NCBI GenBank assembly: GCA_031276675.1
Contig: JAISMO010000114.1
Coordinates: forward strand, 301 to 64,300
DNA from: Tannerella sp.
GTDB taxonomy: Bacteria > Bacteroidota > Bacteroidia > Bacteroidales > Tannerellaceae
Length of the DNA stretch: 64,000 bases
Reading direction: 5' to 3'
The first letter of the stretch is position 1. The number at the start of each line of letters is the position of its first letter. Under the pieces are notes generated by a model that did not search any database, was not told where the DNA came from, and saw nothing but the letters and a program-made list of their open reading frames with translations. The position numbers and the translations under genes are program-made. This document shows positions 56,882-64,000 of the stretch, in pieces.

Positions 56882-58009
56882 TTATTTCCGAAAGAATTTG
56901 AGAATCTGTTCAATGATCGTCTGCTGCATTTCGTCCGTCAATTCCGCATGAATCGGTAGCGAGAGCGCTTCCCTGCTCAACCGGGTGGATACATCCGCAT
57001 GGCCCGAGACCCGCGCAACCCATTTGTAAGCCGCCTGTTCATGCACCGGAAACGGATAGTAAACCGCCGACGGTATGCCATGCGCTTTCAAGTGCGCCTG
57101 CAATGCGTCGCGCCGCCCGTTTCCAACCTGAAGGGTATATTGATGATAGACATGGGTCGAAAAAGTACTGCGCGCCGGAATCCTGACTTCATCCAGCGAA
57201 CTTAATACCTGGTCATAGCGCAGGGCGATATTCCGGCGGACTGCGGTAAATGCGTCCATGTGTTTGAGTTTCACATCCAGTATGGCGGCCTGAAGGGTAT
57301 CCAGGCGGGAGTTGCAGCCGATGATCTGATGACGGTATTTCTCCTTCTGCCCGTGATTGGCCAGCATCCGGACGTGCTCGGCCAGGGCGCTTTCGGAGGT
57401 GATTACGGCGCCCCCGTCGCCGAAGCAGGCCAGGGGTTTGGAGGGAAAAAACGACAGCGTCCCGGCATGTCCGATGACGCCGGCTTTCCTGACGGATCCG
57501 TCGGAGAAGGTGTATTCCGCGCCCAGAGACTGGGCATTGTCTTCGATGACCTTCATCCTGTATTTCGCGGCGATTTTCATTACAGGCTCCATGTCGCAGG
57601 CCTGTCCGAAAAGATGCACGGCGATGACGGCTTTGGTTTGTCGCGAGATGGCACGTTCAAGCAGGCCGGTATCCATATTGAACGTTTCCGGGTCAACGTC
57701 AATCAGGATGGGGGTAAGTCCCAAAGCGGCGACCGCCTCTACGGCGGCTATGTAGGTGAATGCCGGCAGGATGATTTCATCGCCGGGCTGCATGCCCAGC
57801 GCCTGCAGGGCAAGGCGAATGGCGTCCGTACCGTTTCCGCAGGGAATGACATGCGGCACCTCCAGCCGGGTGGCCAGATGCGAACAGAAAGCATGTACCT
57901 GCGGGCCATTGATGAATGAACCGCCGGTAATGACTTCGCTCACGGCAGCATCGATCTCCTTTTTCAGTCGTCGATACTGCGCCTGCAAATCAAGCATTTG
58001 AATAGTCAT
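56882..58009 (-). CDS. DegT/DnrJ/EryC1/StrS family aminotransferase (WbpE-like)
   Basis: FINGPQV, the PLP-lysine context SFFPSKPL and the 375-aa length. Confidence 0.93.
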   Translation of the reverse strand: MTIQMLDLQAQYRRLKKEIDAAVSEVITGGSFINGPQVHAFCSHLATRLEVPHVIPCGNGTDAIRLALQALGMQPGDEIILPAFTYIAAVEAVAALGLTPILIDVDPETFNMDTGLLERAISRQTKAVIAVHLFGQACDMEPVMKIAAKYRMKVIEDNAQSLGAEYTFSDGSVRKAGVIGHAGTLSFFPSKPLACFGDGGAVITSESALAEHVRMLANHGQKEKYRHQIIGCNSRLDTLQAAILDVKLKHMDAFTAVRRNIALRYDQVLSSLDEVRIPARSTFSTHVYHQYTLQVGNGRRDALQAHLKAHGIPSAVYYPFPVHEQAAYKWVARVSGHADVSTRLSREALSLPIHAELTDEMQQTIIEQILKFFRK

Positions 58010-58011
58010 AG

Positions 58012-60054
58012 CTATTTCACTTCACTGCCCGGACGTACGTTCTCTCCGGTTGTGATGACGACTGTTTTTCCTTCCGCGTCTTCCGCCGAAAGAATCATTC
58101 CTTCGGAAACAATGCCTTTCAGTGGGCGGGGCGCCAGGTTGGCGACGAAACAAACCTGTTTGCCCACCAGCGCTTCCGGGGCATAAGAACCGGCAATACC
58201 GGAGACGATTGTACGTCCGCCCAGTCCGTCGTCAATTTTGAATTGCAGCAACCGGTCCGCTTTGGGGACTTTCGCACATTCCAGCACGGTACCCACGCGG
58301 ATGTCTAATTTTGAGAAATCGTCGAAAGCAACGGTCTCACGAATCGGATGCACCTGGAGGAGTGCGCTTTCATTCTCTTTTTTCGTGTCCAGCAGTTTCC
58401 GTACCTGCTTTTCAACAAGCTCGTCGTCAATCTTCTCAAAGAGCAGTTCCGCCTGTCCGAGCCGGTGGCCAGCTTTCAGCAGGTCGGTTGTTCCCAGGCG
58501 GTTCCATCCCGGAGGTTCGATGTTCAACATGCGGTTCAACCGTTCCATGCCGAAGGGCAGGAAGGGTTCGAAAGCGATGGACAGATTGGCCGTAATTTGC
58601 AGCGCCACATACAGGATGGTCGCAACACGCGGCATATCCGTCCGGGCCAGTTTCCACGGTTCGGTATCCGCCAAGTATTTATTGCCGATACGCGCCAGAT
58701 TCATTGCCTCCTTCTGGGCTTCACGGAAATGATACGTATCCAGCAATTTCTCCAGTCGGGTCTTCACATCCGCAAACTCTTCCAGCGTCCGGAGATCATA
58801 TTCCGTCCATTCGCCGCAGACAGGCACGCTGTTTCCGGCATATTTGGCCGTCAGGACCAGCGTGCGGTTGACGAAATTGCCCAGAATCGCTACCAGTTCA
58901 TGGTTGTTGCGCGCCTGAAAGTCTTTCCATGTGAAATCATTGTCTTTTGTTTCGGGGGCGTTGGCCGTCAGCACGTAACGAAGGGTGTCCTGTTTGCCGG
59001 GAAACGCTTCGAGGTATTCGTGCAGCCACACCGCCCAGTTGCGCGAGGTGGAAATCTTGTCGTTTTCGAGGTTCAGAAATTCATTGGCCGGCACATTCTC
59101 GGGCAGGTTATATGTTCCTTCGGCCTTGAGCATGGCCGGGAAGACAATGCAATGGAAGACGATATTGTCTTTTCCGATAAAATGAACAATCCTGGTTTCA
59201 GGGTCTTTCCACCATGTTTCCCAACTGTCGGGCAACAGTTCCCGCGTGTTGGAGATGTAGCCGATCGGCGCATCGAACCAGACGTACAGTACTTTGCCTT
59301 CGGCGCCTTCGACCGGTACCGGGATGCCCCAGTCCAGATCGCGACTGACGGCGCGCGGCTGCAAACCCATATCCAGCCAGCTTTTGCACTGTCCGTAGAC
59401 GTTTGGTTTCCATTCCGTATGTTCTTCCAGAATCCATTGACGCAAAAACGGCTCATAGTTGTTTAACGGCAAGTACCAGTGTCTGGTTTCGCGCATGACC
59501 GGCGCGCTTCCGCTAATCACGGACCGGGGATTCAGCAGGTCGGTCGGATTCAGGGATGTGCCGCAGGCTTCGCACTGGTCGCCATACGCATGTTCGTTGC
59601 CGCAGTGCGGACACGTTCCCGTGATATAGCGGTCTGCAAGAAACTGTCCGGCTTCCCCGTCGTAATACTGTTCGCTTGTCTTCTCAATGAAAACACCTTT
59701 TTCATAAAGTGTGCGGAAAAAGTCCGATGCGGTCCGGTGATGAATGTCCGAAGTGGTGCGCGAATAAATGTCGAATGTAATTCCGAAGTCTTCAAACGAC
59801 TTTTTAATCATCGCATGAAAGCGGTTTACGATGTCCTGCGGCGCAACGCCTTCCTTTTTGGCCCGCAGGGTGATCGGGACGCCGTGTTCGTCGGAACCGC
59901 CGATCAGCAATACCTCTTCTCCTTTTAGCCGCAGGTAGCGTGCATAAATGTCGGCCGGCACGTAAACCCCTGCCAGATGGCCGATGTGTACCGGTCCATT
60001 GGCATAGGGCAGCGCCGTTGTAATCAGTGTTCTTTTAAAATGCTGCGTTTCCAT
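58012..60054 (-). CDS. metG: methionine--tRNA ligase
   Basis: Start [27 protein letters not shown] (HIGH), the KMSKS-like KISTS, a zinc knuckle CPHCG...CEACG and a C-terminal tRNA-binding (EMAP-like) domain. The ATG at 60054 lies 20 nt downstream of the promoter box. Confidence 0.96.
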   Translation of the reverse strand: METQHFKRTLITTALPYANGPVHIGHLAGVYVPADIYARYLRLKGEEVLLIGGSDEHGVPITLRAKKEGVAPQDIVNRFHAMIKKSFEDFGITFDIYSRTTSDIHHRTASDFFRTLYEKGVFIEKTSEQYYDGEAGQFLADRYITGTCPHCGNEHAYGDQCEACGTSLNPTDLLNPRSVISGSAPVMRETRHWYLPLNNYEPFLRQWILEEHTEWKPNVYGQCKSWLDMGLQPRAVSRDLDWGIPVPVEGAEGKVLYVWFDAPIGYISNTRELLPDSWETWWKDPETRIVHFIGKDNIVFHCIVFPAMLKAEGTYNLPENVPANEFLNLENDKISTSRNWAVWLHEYLEAFPGKQDTLRYVLTANAPETKDNDFTWKDFQARNNHELVAILGNFVNRTLVLTAKYAGNSVPVCGEWTEYDLRTLEEFADVKTRLEKLLDTYHFREAQKEAMNLARIGNKYLADTEPWKLARTDMPRVATILYVALQITANLSIAFEPFLPFGMERLNRMLNIEPPGWNRLGTTDLLKAGHRLGQAELLFEKIDDELVEKQVRKLLDTKKENESALLQVHPIRETVAFDDFSKLDIRVGTVLECAKVPKADRLLQFKIDDGLGGRTIVSGIAGSYAPEALVGKQVCFVANLAPRPLKGIVSEGMILSAEDAEGKTVVITTGENVRPGSEVK

Positions 60055-60073
60055 CTGTTTTATTTTTGAGTGA

Positions 60074-60081
60074 CAAAAGTA
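60074..60081 (-). promoter_or_regulatory. -7 promoter box (TACTTTTG on minus strand)
   Basis: Plus-strand CAAAAGTA, 20 nt upstream of the metG ATG. Confidence 0.55.
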
Positions 60082-60120
60082 CAAAAAAGGACGTTCAGGC
60101 GCCTGTGTAAGACTTTAAAT

Positions 60121-61881
60121 TCAGGTGGAGGCTTTCCTTTTTTTGCGGGCGAAGCGGTCCGAACGGCTGGAGGAAGCCCGCTGCCAGGGTTTCTCGCTGC
60201 CGGCCTCCCAGCTTTTGAACCCTTTGCCCGTTCGGCCCTGGCTCTGCCCTTCCTGCGCCGGCTCGACGGAGATGGAACGTCCGTCGACCTCGTACCTGTT
60301 CATCCGTTCCATCACGCGCTGGGCGGCGCTTTTTTCCACTTCAAAAAAGGAATGTGTGTCGCACAAGTCAATCCGTCCGATTTGCACCTTGCCCGGAACG
60401 CAACGGTTAATCAAATCCATCAACTGGCTCGGATACAGTCCGTCCTTTTTCCCAAAGTTCAGGATAAAACGCCTGTATCCCTCCTCGGCCGTTTTTCCAC
60501 GTGAATGATGGTCGCCGCGTTCTTTTCTGTTTTCCCGTCCCGAAGCCGTTTCGTTTACGATTTCAATTTCGTCCGCATCCCGGTAGTAATCAATCATCCG
60601 GTTGAACTCCAGCGAGATCAGCCGCTTGATAATATCTTCCTTTTCAAGCCATTCCAGCTTGCGGAAAACGGACGGCATCAGCGATGCGATCTCTTCTTCA
60701 TTGACCTTCACCTTCTCGACCTGGTCGATCAGATTGAACAGCTGCTTTTCGCAGATGGCCTTGCCGGTCGGAAGCACACCCTTCTCAAAGGTCTTGTGGA
60801 TAATTTTGGCAATGGTATGCAGTTTGCCTTTTTCCTTGATGTGGCAGATGGCGATGGAAATGCCCGTCTTGCCGGCCCGTGCGGTGCGCCCGCTGCGGTG
60901 CGTATAGGATTCAGTTTCGTCGGGCAGGCCGTAATGAAAGATATGCGTCAGGTTGTCGACGTCCAGTCCGCGTGCCGCCACGTCGGTGGCGACCAGCAGT
61001 TGCAGGTTGCGAATGCGGAACTTCTGCATCACATAGTCGCGTTGCATCTGACTGAGTTCGCCGTGCAGCGAATCGGCGTTATAACCGTCCTGAATCAGTT
61101 TGTCGGCAATCTCCTGCGTCTCCTTGCGTGTACGGCAGAAGACGATGCCGTACACGTTCGGGTAGTAGTCCACGAGCCGCTTAAGGGCAAGGTATTTGTC
61201 GCGTGCATGCACCATATAATAAATGTGGCGGATGTTTTCGTTTCCTTCGTTTTTGTTTCCGATGACGATTTCCTGCGGGTTGTGCATATACTGTTTCGTA
61301 ATGCGGGCGATTTCCTGGGGCATGGTGGCCGAAAAGAGCAGCATGTTGCGCGACGGCGGCACTCCGGCCAGGATGGCGTTGAGGCTCTCGGAGAAGCCCA
61401 TGTTCAACATCTCGTCGGCCTCGTCCAGGATGACGCTTTTGATGGCGCTCAGGTCAACGGTTTTACGGTTCAGCAGGTCGAGCAACCGTCCGGGTGTGGC
61501 CACGATCACGTGCACGCCCCTGCGCAGCATTTTGATTTGGCTCTCGATGCTTGAACCGCCGTAAACGGGCAGGACTTTCACGTCATCCATGTACTTGGAA
61601 TAATCATTCAGGTCGCCGGCGATTTGCAGGCAGAGTTCGCGCGTGGGACAGAGTATCAGCGTCTGCGGATAGCGTTGTGACTGATTGATTTTCTGCAGGA
61701 CGGGCAGTCCGTAGGCCGCCGTTTTACCCGTTCCCGTCTGTGCCAGGGCGATCACGTCGTTGTCGTTTCCCAGTAACAGAGGAATCACTTCCTCCTGTAC
61801 GGGCATGGGGACTTCGTAACCCATTTCACGGATTGCCTGCAGCAAAGGTGCGGCAATTTCCAATTCTTCAAATGTCTTCAA
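60121..61881 (-). CDS. DEAD-box ATP-dependent RNA helicase with DbpA-type RNA-binding C-terminal domain
   Basis: The Q-motif FEELEI...PMPVQ, AQTGTGKT, DEAD, SAT and HRSGRTARAG. The predicted start is the TTG at 61881 (LKTFEELEI), because no ATG lies between the promoter box at 61911 and the Q motif. The start call is uncertain. Confidence 0.85.
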   Translation of the reverse strand: MKTFEELEIAAPLLQAIREMGYEVPMPVQEEVIPLLLGNDNDVIALAQTGTGKTAAYGLPVLQKINQSQRYPQTLILCPTRELCLQIAGDLNDYSKYMDDVKVLPVYGGSSIESQIKMLRRGVHVIVATPGRLLDLLNRKTVDLSAIKSVILDEADEMLNMGFSESLNAILAGVPPSRNMLLFSATMPQEIARITKQYMHNPQEIVIGNKNEGNENIRHIYYMVHARDKYLALKRLVDYYPNVYGIVFCRTRKETQEIADKLIQDGYNADSLHGELSQMQRDYVMQKFRIRNLQLLVATDVAARGLDVDNLTHIFHYGLPDETESYTHRSGRTARAGKTGISIAICHIKEKGKLHTIAKIIHKTFEKGVLPTGKAICEKQLFNLIDQVEKVKVNEEEIASLMPSVFRKLEWLEKEDIIKRLISLEFNRMIDYYRDADEIEIVNETASGRENRKERGDHHSRGKTAEEGYRRFILNFGKKDGLYPSQLMDLINRCVPGKVQIGRIDLCDTHSFFEVEKSAAQRVMERMNRYEVDGRSISVEPAQEGQSQGRTGKGFKSWEAGSEKPWQRASSSRSDRFARKKRKAST

Positions 61882-61910
61882 AATTTGTTTTTTAATAAGA
61901 TAAGCGGCTG

Positions 61911-61918
61911 CAAAGATA
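61911..61918 (-). promoter_or_regulatory. -7 promoter box (TATCTTTG on minus strand)
   Basis: Plus-strand CAAAGATA, 30 nt upstream of the TTG at 61881. The upstream Met codons of track ORF 60121..62142 lie beyond it. Confidence 0.55.
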
Positions 61919-62178
61919 CATAATTGATTTGAGAATACTTGCATTTGCGTGGAATTAGGGTGCATTTCAGAGGGTCGCACGCTATACGCCATCCGGCGTA
62001 CAGGGTACGACCCGTCGAATGTCTTATAAGTTATAAATTTTTCATCATTAAACCGGTGGTTTCTTGCACAGTTCAAAAAAAACAGCTTACTTGCGCCCCC
62101 AAATTTGAATAGAACCCGCTTATGAGGCAATGTTTGAACCATTTTGAGTATGATTTAATTTAAACAGGCAGACAATAT

Positions 62179-64000
<1,822 letters not shown>

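Overview
This 64-kb window looks like a chromosomal segment of a Bacteroidota (Bacteroidales-type) genome. The evidence for that placement is: many genes sit 20-60 nt downstream of the Bacteroidetes -7 promoter box TAnnTTTG, one protein carries a T9SS C-terminal sorting domain, and several families are typical of the group (PG0541-type efflux partner, DUF4491, lipocalin-like lipoprotein).

Coding content is mostly housekeeping, about 56 genes:
- hisH-hisA-hisF-hisIE, then ftsE-like, lysC and lysA
- aconitase, isocitrate dehydrogenase and citrate synthase
- recO, miaB, sufS, rnhB, gyrB, hflX, metG, fbaA, a DEAD-box helicase and a partial metY at the right edge
- a tetR-tolC-adaptor-RND-PG0541 efflux operon
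- scattered glycan genes: a Wzy/O-antigen-ligase-like protein, GT2, GT4, a flippase, and a WbpB/WbpE-like oxidoreductase plus aminotransferase
- two tRNAs, Arg-CCT and Val-TAC

I saw no rRNA, CRISPR/cas, transposase, integrase or phage genes.

The unusual content is non-coding:
- Four intergenic tandem arrays are built from short hairpin-capable units: 21 bp x ~10.5 at 10027-10250, 23 bp x ~5 at 28101-28215, 23 bp x 3 at 36687-36755, and 42 bp x ~5 at 51939-52148.
- The first array carries six GTTAAC sites spaced at multiples of 21 bp and a perfect 40-bp inverted repeat.
- Two of the arrays begin where N-terminal gene remnants (DUF1080-like and HU/DUF4469-like) lose their family resemblance.

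Other items worth a second look:
- two dispersed REP-like palindrome families
- orphan promoter-to-terminator units that may be sRNAs
- a solitary beta-class DNA methyltransferase that looks lower in G+C
- a tightly coupled five-gene MarR, mini-ferredoxin, exported thioredoxin, DUF2892, DUF6132 operon; its 59-aa ferredoxin ORF is below the ORF-track cutoff
- an acidic tandem-repeat tail on the Wzy-like protein

All homology calls rest on motif and family recognition by eye. No searches were run, and G+C statements are by eye.
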